DNA from: Eledone cirrhosa
Lineage: Eukaryota
Direction of reading: 5' to 3'
DNA: 64,000 bases
NCBI GenBank assembly: GCA_964016885.1
Contig: OZ024743.1
Coordinates: forward strand, 348,378,001-348,442,000
Shown one piece after another: positions 14,473-26,462 of this stretch. The first letter of the stretch is position 1; each line of letters opens with the position of its first letter. The position numbers were made by a program, and so were the translations under genes. Below the pieces are notes generated by a model. It made no database searches. It worked only from the letters and a program-made list of their open reading frames with translations, and was not told the DNA's origin.

Positions 14473-15045
14473 GTCAGGTCACCAGCTGGTGCTACTGGTA
14501 ACATGTATCCCAGTACAACCTGTCTCATGGTCGGGTCGTTTGCGACTAAATTGGCAACCTCACCAAGGTTTTTTGGTGAGAAGGGTGACTTTGGACATCC
14601 TGCAGGTCTAAACACAAAACCTGTCAAAGGGCAAAGGAGGTCTTAAGAGTCAATGACCATCCAAAATCACCGGGAGAGATGACCCCTTAGCCTTTGTCAA
14701 GGCAGAATTCTAGGAGAAGGAAAACTCTGATATAACACCTACAATCCTGATGGTATCCAATGATGTTGACTTCTTTTTGGTTAAGAGAGTGGGACTGGCT
14801 TTGTGCAGTGCCTTTGCTCAGTATAAAAGCTTCACGGCACAGGCATTGCTTTATATCTGGAGATCTCTCTGCACTTGTCGTCACATGGTACTATGTGTCA
14901 ATAATTGTCACAAGTGTAGTGTTTGTACCAGAGTTTTCAAGTCGCTGGCTGGACTAAAATGCCACACTCGTTTAGCGATCGGTAGGGGTCTCCTACATGG
15001 ATATAAAGTAGTGGCCGTACTCGAAAACGAGTTGGCAGCCACCAT
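14472..15045 (+). mobile_element. RTE-derived non-autonomous retroelement, longest copy
   Basis: Contains the TCTAGGAGAAGGAAAACTCTG motif recalled from RTE 5' regions and a 3' zinc-finger remnant CSVCTRVFKSLAGLKCHTR; three copies in the window. Confidence 0.7.
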
Positions 15046-15189
15046 CTATATATATATATATATATATAGTAATAATAATAAAGTTGTAGACTAAAATCCA
15101 AAGAGGGCTCGATAAGGGAAATATATATCAAATATATAAGAACCGTAGAGCAAATATTTATTAAAATAACAAATTAATATGTTATTTTA

Positions 15190-15269
<80 letters not shown>

Positions 15270-16168
15270 CTTTATTAAAATTTATATATATGAGCAAATT
15301 CAGCAAGGAAATGAAAAGAGAAAATACAATTATGATGCTGTTTAACATTGGATATATTTTGGAAAGTGGCTTAGTCCTTCGGACATCTGTCCTTCATTAT
15401 TCGATAGTCTGATAGACGGAAAAGAATATGTTTAGAAAGGAGAAAAGGAAATAGGAAGACAACCGAAAGTGGGAAAAGACAAGAACTGGAAATCATGACA
15501 GGAAGAAAGCACATGTATAATTAGTCAGCCATTTTGAAGGCTTCGCTCTTCAGAAGGTGGCTGTATGTTGGAGTGTTACTGGAGAGGAGATAACCATCGA
15601 AGAGTAAAAAAGATATGTACGGTGGGGTGTGGGTGCAAATCTGTGAGGGGGTGAGGTAGTTCATAATGCGCATGAGACAATGATTTTGAAGTAGGTTATA
15701 GTTTGTGTATTGTTTTGGATATGCGTAAGAGATAGATGCTGTGCCATTAAATGTGTATGTGAGAATATGCACACTCTCAGTGGCCTGGTCAATATCTTAT
15801 AAGTAAATATGAGTACACAGAACGACACACGCAGAAATCGTTGCGAGAGCAACATTAGCACATGCATAAATGCCACCATATCCGTTGAGAAGTGTGTTTT
15901 GCAGTGTGATTTAAGGGATGCTGGAGGGCTTCACGTACGCTGCTACGCCAGTCTAACTGCCTTCCTACAAACCCCAAATAGGGAAGTTTAATGGAGACAT
16001 CTAAAATGATAGAACAAGGTTTTCAACGGGAGTAGTTATACATGTCACGAAGCATCTTAATCCAACACCTTGACGGACGCAATAGTTGGGCTCTTGCGTA
16101 CACAATGCCACGAGCTCATACAAGGTTTGTGTATAATTGTAATTACTATGTAAACACGTGAATTTCCT

Positions 16169-16259
<91 letters not shown>

Positions 16260-16429
16260 GTAGTTAAGCAAATCAAGACCACAAACTCACATAGACGACA
16301 TTAGTCGAAGAGTATCAATATTAAGTGCAGTTTAATTTAAAAAAGCGAGGATAAGAATGTCAGTTTACAATTGTTTCACTATTCCACATAATATTTCTGG
16401 ATCAATCGATGGTAATATCGTTATTGATT

Positions 16430-18283
16430 TGGTGCAGAGAAAGATATGTAACGTAAAATAATATTATGGAGCAGATCCTCGAATCTTGAGATGAGCTAAT
16501 GAAATTATTAATATATATAAAGTAGAAATAAAAATAAGAGGGTTACATGTCCGTAAAGAATCCTCAGATTAGCAGGTCCCTAGAAGGGGTCCCTTGGCAC
16601 TGGAGAACTCAAGTGTATGCTATAAACAAACATTACAGGGTTGCACGTGTTCCTACGGCTAGGTAGTTTAGCTAAATTTGAAGCTGTGATGTTATGTGCA
16701 AGGTTAGGAGTCGTAGAGTAAGAAATTTTAATAGTATTTCTATTAAAAATTTTACTATATTTATGTGTAGGGGAAAAATGCTTTGTAATAAGGGAAAAAA
16801 AGATCTTAGCTAATGGTGTGGCCACCCTGTAGTTAGTACTAACTGTAATTGTAGGAATCGGGCTGATTGCCCCCTATCCGGGAAATGCCTCTCTAGTAAC
16901 ATTGTCTACAAATGTAAGGTTGTAACACCCACGTCCCGTAGGGCCTACATAGGGTTAACCGCCAATAGTTTCAAGCAGCGTCTTTACATGCATACCCATT
17001 CTTTTCGTTACCCTCTAAGAAGGAATATGACGTCACTTTCAGCTTATATCTGGAGTCTAAAAGACAACCACACCCAATATAAGTTACACTGGGAGATCCT
17101 AGCTAGGGCTAGATCGTATAACGGAAATAAAAGACCATGTGACCTCTGCGCCGGTGAGGCCCTGGAAATACTCTACGCTACAGACAACATCTTAAACAAA
17201 AATTCTGAGGCAATTTCGGCTAGTAAACATAAATTGCACAAAACTTTCCTGTATTACAGCCTCACCTTATACCCTAACGGATAGCACGATCTATACGTGG
17301 ATATTTTACGTCTTGATGTGGGAGCTAAGTATATATTTTTTTATTCCTTTACTTATTTGCATAGGTAAGTATATGTTACCCGTATGTTTTATGAAGGTAT
17401 GTATACCTTCTCGTACGTATATTTGACTGTTATAGCGTATATTTTTACATATTCTGGTATTTAGGGTTTGGCTATGTGTATACGAGAGTTTTGCGTCCGC
17501 GTGAGTGTGCAGGTTCGTATGTATGGTGGGTGTGTGTATATGTGTACTTCTTGTTTTAGTTGACTTACGTCTCCGAACGTTCGTGTATTTATATGTAGGT
17601 ATGCGTGTGCGCTTGTTATATACGTATTTATTTACTTATATACGTTTATATAATTATTTATTTATTTGTACACAAGCATACACACACACACATATTTATA
17701 TGTGCGTGGTTTCGTATACCCATGGTAAGGTTTTGCGTATGCTTGTGTATGTACGTATCTGTTTGCGTGTATGTATTTATTTGTTTCTATTAATTCTGTA
17801 TTGTATTTATTTACTTTGTTCTTAACTCTGTAGCGGAGATTCATTTGGTCTCCTAGTTAGAATTTTAGTCTACGATTTCTGCTATACCATTTACGTGGTT
17901 TTGTCTTTGCGTGCTATTGTTCTCCACGCTCCACATATGACTTATTATCTTCATTTTTTCGTTCATTGCCAGAGAACGTCTCTATGCACCACCTAAGAGA
18001 ACATTAGTCTACGACCTCTTTTATACCATAAACGTGGTTTTGTCTTTGCGCGTAATTGTTTTTCACCGCTCCTATTAATGACGTATTATTCGTTTTTTCC
18101 CGTTCTTTGCCAGCGAACGTTACCACGAACCAAAGTATCGTCTTCCTGTCTTCCTCCGGTTGCAACGTTTTTTGAAATATCCAGTTCTTGGTTTACAGAT
18201 TGACTTTGTTAGTTTCAGAAGATCCCGTTAAGGGTGAAAGCAGCGATTCTTTGCTTAAACTTTAATCTGTTATTTTAATAAAT
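16430..18283 (+). mobile_element. 5'-truncated, 5'-inverted Penelope-like retroelement (Naiad-type)
   Basis: + strand from ~16841: CNCRNRADCPLSGKCLSSNIVYKCKV...AYIGLTANSFKQRLYMHTHSFR...SLSAYIWSLKD...CDLC (GIY-YIG); the preceding linker KHFSPTHKYSKIFNRNTIKISYS lies on the - strand at 16580-16825; long 3' UTR ends at (TA)n. Confidence 0.85.
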
Positions 18284-18560
18284 ATATATATATATATATA
18301 TATTTCGTTTCTGAATTTGTTTAGCAAGATTCTTTATCTGAAATCGTGTGTTGAAACCGATATTGTTATACTTTGGGAGGGTCATGTTGCCAATAAGAAA
18401 CACACGCACCAGTTGCTTTCACTTCAATTTATTATATATTTATAAATTTATAAATTTACAAATCTACAAACTTATAAATTTCTGGTTGGTTGGTTGGTTC
18501 CACAACATGACAACATGGCCCTCCCAAAGTATAACAATATATATATATATATATTTATAT

Positions 18561-18877
18561 TAGAAAGTGAGTTTTTTTTTACAAAATGAAAAATAACAGA
18601 GGTGTCCTACACGAGTGAAAGTATAAAGAAAAAGAGATGAAATCGAAAATGCAACTGGAGTCTTTTTTTTTTTTTTTAAATATATATATTTATTTGGTTA
18701 CTTTACTGGTTTCGCAGTTCTTCTGCTTTTCAAAAGGTGAGTTGAGATGGAGGGTCTGTGGTTTTTCACCTTTTGAAAAGCAGAACTGCGAAACCGGTAA
18801 AGGAACCAAATAAATATATATATTTAAAAAAAAAAATAAGACTCTAGTTGCATTTTCGATTTCATCTCTTTTTCTAT
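18561..18877. mobile_element. Short fold-back hammerhead element in (TA)n, copy 2, with two hammerheads (18700-18737 -, 18769-18803 +)
   Basis: 18622-18740 inverted against 18766-18877; same UUGAAAA core as 8623-8660. Confidence 0.85.
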
Positions 18878-19445
18878 ATATTTATATATATATATTGTGT
18901 GTATGTGTGTATGTGTGCTTTTTATATATATGGAAGTCTATAGTATCGACTCTGGGATAACCTTCTATTTTCTTTTTCTTTTTCTTTTTTCATGAAAGTG
19001 CATATATACTTATGTATTTCAATTTTTTTTGAAGTTTTTTATCTCAGTTTTTTATCTCAGTTTTTTTTAACTCAGTTTTTTATCTCAGTTCTGATATAAA
19101 CCTAGGAATTTTAAACTAGACATATGATCATTATTTTTCACACATTATTGATACGTGTCTCATTCATGAATACTGATATTTACATTATAATACCTAATTC
19201 ATACGAATTGATATTTTTACATTGATGAAACATAATGTTTTAAATCTGCCTCGTTTATCTCTGGATATTTTCCTTTTCTCTCTATGTAACGGCTGTATTC
19301 TCTCCTAACCACATATATCTCTCTCTACCTTAATACTAGAACTAAATAAATAAATAAATATATCATTGATACGTCATTCAACTGGTGCCCAACTACCTAT
19401 TTTCTTTCTCTCTATCTCTATCTATATCTATCTCTCTCTATTTTT

Positions 19446-19479
<34 letters not shown>

Positions 19480-19738
19480 CTCTATCTATTTCCCTATGTG
19501 TTTTTCTCTCTCTATCTATCTCTCTCTGTTTCTTTACATGAATTTCTTCTCTCTATCTATCTCTCTATATCTATCTCTTTCTGTTTAGTTGCATGCATTT
19601 CTTCTTTTTCTTCGCTTTTTTTCTTTCTTTCTTTTTATAACTGTCCCTAACATTTTTCACTACCAAATCAACTTTTTAAATGGAAGTTGAAGTTGTAAGG
19701 TATGTCAAATCTATCTATTTATAAGACTGTTTATATTG

Positions 19739-19804
19739 TATTTTGTCTGAAGAAGGCATACCATATTTTTAATATGATATCCCTGAAATATATATAATGA
19801 AATA
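19739..19804 (+). ncRNA. Type I hammerhead ribozyme
   Basis: UAUUUUGU-CUGAAGA-AGGCAUACCAUAUU(UUU)AAUAUGAUAUCCCU-GAAA-UAUAUA-UA^-AUGAAAUA; 8-bp helix I with 2 G.U pairs; overlapping AATAAA. Confidence 0.8.
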
Positions 19805-19997
19805 AATATGGTTTTATAAATATAGTTTCCATTTATTTAATATCGTAAACATACTCCAAATACTTGTTGAGTGCTTTTATATCAGTTATAAATATTTACT
19901 CGTTGTAACCCAACAATTTAAATAAAACTTTGCACATATAAATATATATATATATATTAAAATACAAATATTAATAAAATAGATGTTCTTTTGATCA

Positions 19998-20060
19998 ATT
20001 ACATTTTATTATACATATTTGGGATGTACAACAGTATGTCCTCACCAGACACAATATAAT
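19998..20060 (-). ncRNA. Degenerate type I hammerhead
   Basis: AUUAUAUUGUGU-CUGGUGA-GGA..UAC-UGUU-GUA..UCC-CAAA-UAUGUA-UA-AUAAAAUGUAAU; ~12-bp helix I but two core mutations (A6G, G12C). Confidence 0.55.
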
Positions 20061-20163
20061 GATACATGACATACACTGAGATGCTACAATTATTTATCGT
20101 AGAGTGCTTCCAATCTACTGTAAAACTCATTATTTGATATACTCATTGAATCTTGTTTAACTC

Positions 20164-20226
<63 letters not shown>

Positions 20227-20592
20227 AAATAAACGTTCAGACAGATGTTACATATTTATATTTATCAATATATGTATTTCTGTGACACTACATGGAGCTG
20301 TGGTGCGATCGTTACAACAGCGACCTCCACCTGCTTGAAGGTATCAGATGATACCAATTATATGTGTGGGTTGATATGTTTTTTGGCTAAGGTTACCATG
20401 ATTGCAAAAGTCCGGACTTTGTGTCTAAACGTTTATTACATACATGATAACTCCGCTACGTCTCATCATCACCTCTAAGCTGGATTGATACAACTGACGT
20501 GGTCTGCTCTACCTTCTTATACCGAGGAATCATTACGCAACTTTTGCGGATAAAGACCACAGCAACTCACTCTTCTCCCCCCTCTCTCCCCC

Positions 20593-20652
<60 letters not shown>

Positions 20653-20654
<2 letters not shown>

Positions 20655-21531
20655 TAAAACATGTCTATAGAATCACAAGATAAAATATATACTATTTCCT
20701 TTCCCAATTAGCATAATTAACTATATAAAAAATCGAATACACCAGGCTATAAGAATGAGGCTTCTATGAAGAAATCTCCGACAAATAACCAAAACTAGCC
20801 CTTCGCGTCGGCCGTGGCGGAATATTTATCGAATATTTCGACAGCGTAATCGCCCAGATACAGTCAACTAAACAAAATTAGGTGTAAAATAAACTAGGAG
20901 AAAAGAGAATACATTTAAAAACCTCTACCATGGTTTCATCCGTATTTTGAGTCTTCCAATAATTATGTAATAATTATATAAACTCGACCGCTGGATTCAT
21001 CAGGAAGTTCGCTCTTATCTAGACACTAAATTTTCCAAAGTGATCGCGCTAAGAATTCATTCAAAATGGCTAAAAATCGTGACGTAGTCGCGGTTAGGTT
21101 GGAAGGCGTGTGGTAGTTGCTTACGACTGGTGGCATTTTTGCTAGAAAGCACAGCACAATACAGCCAAATTTGTATCTCAACCTAATGGGAGACTATTAC
21201 ATATAAAAGTTTACATATATATATACATATACGTGTTTTTCAACTGGTCACTTTGTGGCTCAATGAAAAATTAATAAATTAAATAATCAGAGCTATATAT
21301 CATAAAACATGTCTATAGAATCACGAGATAAATTATATACTATTTCCTCTCGGAATTAGCACAATTAACTATATAAAAATCGAATAGACCAGGCTATAAG
21401 AATGAGGCTTCTATGAAGAAATATCCGACTAATAACCAAAACTAGCCCTTCGCGTCGGCCGTAGCGGAATATTTATCGAATATTTCGACAGCGTAATCGC
21501 CCAGATACAGTCAACTAAACAGAATTAGGTG

Positions 21532-21534
<3 letters not shown>
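20653..21534 (-). mobile_element. Retrozyme-like non-coding element: 648-bp unit plus 235-bp direct repeat, flanked by (TA)n
   Basis: 20653-20887 is repeated at 21301-21534 (about 12 differences by eye); no ORF; internal hammerhead. Confidence 0.85.
20919..21010 (-). ncRNA. Type I hammerhead ribozyme with canonical core and extended helix II
   Basis: GAACUUC-CUGAUGA-AUCC...GAGUUU..AUAAUUAU-UAC-AUAAUUAU..AGACUC...GGAU-GAAA-CCAUGG-UA^-GAGGUUU; 7-bp helix I, GUA triplet. Confidence 0.9.
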
Positions 21535-21592
<58 letters not shown>

Positions 21593-21680
21593 AAAACAAA
21601 AGGGATTTTTAATTCCTGGAAAAACTTGAACCGTTAAGATCTTCTTCCTGGATATGTGTATATTTATAAAACAAACTTTG

Positions 21681-21741
21681 TATTTTATCTGATGAGGGCG
21701 TACCAAAGTTTTGGTACCCTTGAAATATATATAATAGAATA
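21681..21741 (+). ncRNA. Type I hammerhead ribozyme (same family as 19739-19804)
   Basis: UAUUUUAU-CUGAUGA-GGGCGUACCAA-AGUU-UUGGUACCCUU-GAAA-UAUAUA-UA^-AUAGAAUA; the downstream flank GGTTTTATAAATATAGTT.CCATTTATTTAATATC is shared with the 19.8-kb copy. Confidence 0.82.
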
Positions 21742-22529
21742 AATAAGGTTTTATAAATATAGTTCCCATTTATTTAATATCATTGATATATATATATATA
21801 GATGATGTCAAGTGATGAGTCTGAAACAGACAGAATATAGTCAGTATGAAGAATAATAAAAGGACGTTTGTTATGTCTCCATTACATTTACTAGCAGAAA
21901 AACCACCCTCGGGTGTTTTTCTGCTAGCAAGTGTAGTGTGTATATTGATATTATACGCAGGTATATATACACTTAGATATGATGCATCAAATAAAATCGT
22001 AATTGACAATATATAATACATAGAAATTGAACGAACACTGCGTTACACTGTCATATTTAATCAGTAGCGCAATCCAAGATACATTAAAAAAGACGATATT
22101 ATATATAAACTGCATTAGGAGAAAATTAATGACAGAAAATGAGTATATTTATTTAAGCGGTGTCCAACCGGAAGTGTTGTCATTTCAGAAATTTTAAACA
22201 AGTGAATCCTTAAATAAACAAAATATATTTAATCAACAGCCACGAAATTTAGTAGATAAATTATGTAATATTCATTCATTATTTATTCAAAGTAATCCAA
22301 CTTATTTTACTAATGGGATACAAAATAATAAACCGTACGCAGTCCCACGCCCCTTACTTTATTATAGTTTAGATTCAGTGGTGGCGCGCTTTTCGCTCCT
22401 GATCAGCAGAAGTCCGGCGAGCTTTTCAATCCAGCGTCGGGCCATATTATTACAGATCGAACCTTGAGCTGATGGAGACCGAAACGCGCGTGACCACTCA
22501 ATACACGTAATCGTCCTTTTATTATTATT

Positions 22530-22712
22530 AATCAGAATTGGTACAGCGGTGTGCAGCATGCTTTGCAGCATAGAGTTTCACCCCTTTACGATCTGATCTC
22601 AAATCCCGCCGAGGCTAATTTTGCCTTTCATCCGTACGGGGTCGATAAAATAAAACACCGGTAATACACTGGGATAATTGCTGGCCTTGTGCAAAATTAG
22701 AAACAAAAGTTA
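22530..22712 (+). mobile_element. SINE (dominant family)
   Basis: Family core CAAATCCCGCCGAGGCTAA..TTGCCTTTCATCC..GGGGTCGATAAAAT. Confidence 0.85.
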
Positions 22713-22778
22713 TTGATATATATATATGTTATAAAATAACAGGAGACTGGACTGGCGTAATTCCTTAAAAGGTTTATT

Positions 22779-22836
22779 ATACTATGATCATTTCAGTGAC
22801 CGGGTTCAGTATGAATCCGGTGACATCATCAAGTAT
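22779..22836 (-). ncRNA. Type I hammerhead with C3U substitution
   Basis: AUAC-UUGAUGA-UGUCACCGGAUUCA-UAC-UGAACCCGGUCACU-GAAA-UGAUCA-UA^-GUAU followed by AAUAAA. Confidence 0.65.
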
Positions 22837-23599
22837 TCGAAATTTAACAAAGGAATATAATGGACAAAATCCATGGGGCTGAAAATCAGAGACAGCAGGG
22901 CGGCCGAACATTTAGCAGCTTCTAGCCTGTTCGGCCGTCCTCAAGTGAGGATTATTAATTCTTCTTATGTCCTTCTGGTGAAGGGGCGTAGGCTTATAGT
23001 GTACTACTACCATCCCGCCATAGACAGAGGCAGCGGTGGGATCAGGTTACATTCAAGCTGGTCAGAAAATGCCACGAAATATATTTTTTCAAAATACATA
23101 TATCTTTAACAAAGCTATATATAGTGGGCGACTGTACAGTATATTGTAGGGTCAGAAATTACGATTAACAATTAGAAATGTAAAATTTATGTTTTGAGCT
23201 GATTTATTCCTGTTCATTCATGTTGTACGTACAGTGTACAGCCAAGACTGCACACCTAACCTCAAAGTGTTCCCTGCTCTGTCAAAAAAACGTCTAGGCA
23301 CGCCTAGTACACACACACATGTAACGAATAATCCAGTTGTAACGGATAAGTGAATAGATGGTATGATGGTTCAATGTATAAATAATACCATCATTGTGTT
23401 GTTACAATGTTTATTTTATTATAACAATATTCAATATGAATATTGAATATTGAATATTGAATATTGAATGATAAAATCTATAACATGAAATATTCGTACA
23501 ATAAGTAGGTGGCTCTTTGAGCCACGTAAATACAAGTATCACAGAATACTATATAATATAATTTGTATTGTATCCGAAAGAAAATAATTTACTTATTTC

Positions 23600-25561
23600 A
23601 AAAGGAACTTACGGCTTCAATCACTAATAACAACCGAGAAGCAGCGTTGGCGCGATACCCTCTCTCGACTTCTACAATGCATCAAGTTTCTTGTGACCCA
23701 TAATCTTGCATTAAGGGGACATCTCGAATCGCTCCAGCAAAACGAAACGACCAACGCTGGGAACTTCATCGGTTTATTGAAGTTGCTGTCATGTTTTGAT
23801 CCTGTGACAAAGGAGTTTCTAAGTAATGCGGGAATTCATCCAGGTTCCACGTCGTACCTCTCCCGCACAATCAAAAATGAATTCATTCATCTACTTGCTC
23901 TCAACGTCAAGAAGAATGTTCTTCGACGCCTAAAAAATTCTCGTCATTATGCGCTGATGGACGACTCATCTCATGATCAAGCTCATTGAGACCAGCTGTC
24001 ACGTGTGGAGAGGTATGTCGATGTTGATTTCGACAAAATGACCGTTCGCATCCGAGAGTCCTTTCTGGGGTTGACCCTACTGTAAGAGAAAAATGCAGCC
24101 AGTATGTAGAACTTATTTTGAAAGAATTGAAATATGATGGCCTTGCGCTTAGTAATTGCAAGGCCCAATGTTACGACAACGCTGCGGTTATGGCCGGTCA
24201 CACCAGTGGGGTTCAACAACGCATAACGAATTTGAACGAAAAGGCGATATTTGTTAACTGTGACAACCAATCACTTAACCTCGTTGGTTTGACCGCAGCG
24301 AAGAGTAGCTTCTAAGTTATGTCATTTTTCAACTTCATCGAGTCATTGCTTGCGTTCTTTTCGCGATCAACACGGCGTTGGGAAAAGTTAAAGCAAGCAA
24401 TCCCTTTCGTTCTGAAATAACCATCGGACACCAGGTGGAGCCCAAGAGCAGATGCTGTAAAGCATCTTGCAAACTTTCGGAATGAAATCCTCGAGCGTTT
24501 GCAAAAGTTGGTAGAGGATAATGAGGAGAGATCCGACATACGAAGTGATGCAGAACATCTTTTAAGCCAAATGCTTGTCTTCCACTTTTTCGCGCTGCTT
24601 GGATTTTAGAATAGGATTCTGGTTAGAATCGATCAGGTTCAGAAACGCGTTCAAGATCCAACAATGAACTTCCGGGAAGCCGCTGATGACATCAAAGCCC
24701 TCCAGCAGTATTTCGCGGATAATGTAAGTACTATTGCCCAGCAATCACTTAATAAAAGCATTGAGTTAAGTCAACGCTGGAACATTGACATTAGCAAACG
24801 TCGCAGAGGGCCAAGACGGCAGCATTCAGATAATTCTGAAAATGAATTACTATCACCAGCCAGTGAAGTAAAAACAGTTATGCAAACTGTTCTCCTTCGA
24901 ATTCAATCAGAAATGCAGCTACGATTCGCCCGTCTCAACGATATTGACGCGAGGTTTTGCTTCCTCCTTGATGTCTGGTCTCTGTGCTATTCACCTTTTC
25001 CAGATGACCTCGCGCTTCGATCAAAGTGCTCTTCATTAGCTGATCACTACAATGCTGACATTGACGGCAAGGAGCTTTTTGAAGAAATCGCTGACTGTCG
25101 GGCGTTGTTGTCAACCCGCGCTAATGTTTCAGTCTCAAGACCAGAACACCTTAATTTTATTTGTTCAATACGGAGACAACAGTGAATTTCCGAATTTGCT
25201 CATCGGTCTACAGATACTGCTAACCATGGCCGTTTCCGTCGCAAGCTGTGAGAGATCCTTCAGCAAGCTCAACCTCATCTTATCATATTTGCGGACATCA
25301 ATGTCTCAAAGCTATCTGCGCGATCTTGCCATCCTCAGCATAGAAAGCGAAGAAACAAACGCAACCGATTTTGATGAAATAATCGATCAATTTGCATCAG
25401 CTAAAGCTAGAAAGATCCCTTTGTAAATATTTTTTAACTCTTTTTTCCACATTAATTTCATAAAAGTAATTTTAGATCTTATATTCATGTTTTTTCGTGT
25501 CGTTTAAATTACTGCAAAGTTCGACCTTGCCTCCGGGCGCAAAATTCCTAATTACGCCACT
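23600..25561 (+). mobile_element. Decayed hAT DNA transposon (ZMYM1/DUF4371-type transposase pseudogene)
   Basis: HNLALRGH..NAGNFIGLLKLLS..SYLSRTIKNEFI..YALMDDS; QCYDNAAVMAGHTSGVQQRI; DTRWS; hAT dimerisation motif MAVSVASCERSFSKLNLILSYLRTSMSQ..LAILSIE; stops and frameshifts; TIR-like end TAATTACGCCAC. Confidence 0.92.
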
Positions 25562-25589
25562 ACACGTAATCGTCCTTTAATTATATTAA

Positions 25590-25772
25590 TCAGAATCGGT
25601 AAGGCGGTGGGCAGCATGCTTTGCAGAATAGAGTTACACCTCTTTACGATCTGAGCTCAAATCCCGCCGAGGCTAACTTTGCCTTTCATCTGAATGGGGT
25701 CGATAAAATAAAACACCAGTAATACACTGGGATAATTGCTGGCCTTGTGCCAACATTAGAAACAAAAGTTAT
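25590..25772 (+). mobile_element. SINE (dominant family), duplicate of 22530-22712 together with its flanks
   Basis: Same core and shared flanks. Confidence 0.85.
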
Positions 25773-25811
<39 letters not shown>

Positions 25812-26270
25812 AAATAAAGAATCCAATCTGACTGGACAACAAAGGAAACAATATAAACGTTGGCCTTTCGACCGATGAATCTATTTGCCGGGTCACAAAC
25901 ATTTTGCTTAAGAACAGAACACACCACCTTGTTCAAGAATCGAAACTACGACATTATATACATGAATGCAGTGTCGTAATCATAAGTCCACACGCTTTTA
26001 CCATGTGGAGATCGGTCTATACAGTAGGCAGTATAAATTATATGTTTGTCACATATTGGGGATAAGATATCAAAATGACACCCAAGACTGCAATATTACT
26101 TACATGCTGTGCAAACCTACCCCACAAAACAAAATATATCTCTTTGTTACTTTAGAATAGATTATTGAATTACTATTGACAAATGAGAACACATTTCTGA
26201 ATTATATGTCACACCCTTCCCCTCTACATTGACGTACATTGGCACACATGTGTCTATTTGCTTGCGAATG

Positions 26271-26338
<68 letters not shown>

Positions 26339-26409
26339 TGCAGATTTATACACACACACATATATACGTATATATATATATATACGTATATATATATATA
26401 TATATATAC

Positions 26410-26462
<53 letters not shown>

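Noticed and set aside
15365-15405. - strand AUAAUGA-AGGAC-AGAU-GUCC-GAAG; similar weak motifs at 18214-18245, 25860-25900 and 47015-47056
   Set aside because: Too many core changes and no convincing helix I; likely relics but unsupported
19035-19090. Short tandem repeats (13-mer here, 7-mer at 23435, 11-mer at 49625, 21-mer at 59681) as CRISPR-like arrays
   Set aside because: No unique spacers, no cas genes, eukaryotic context
22751-22762. TGGCGTAATT as the hAT left TIR
   Set aside because: Only a 10-nt match, lying inside the hammerhead element tail, with no 8-bp TSD
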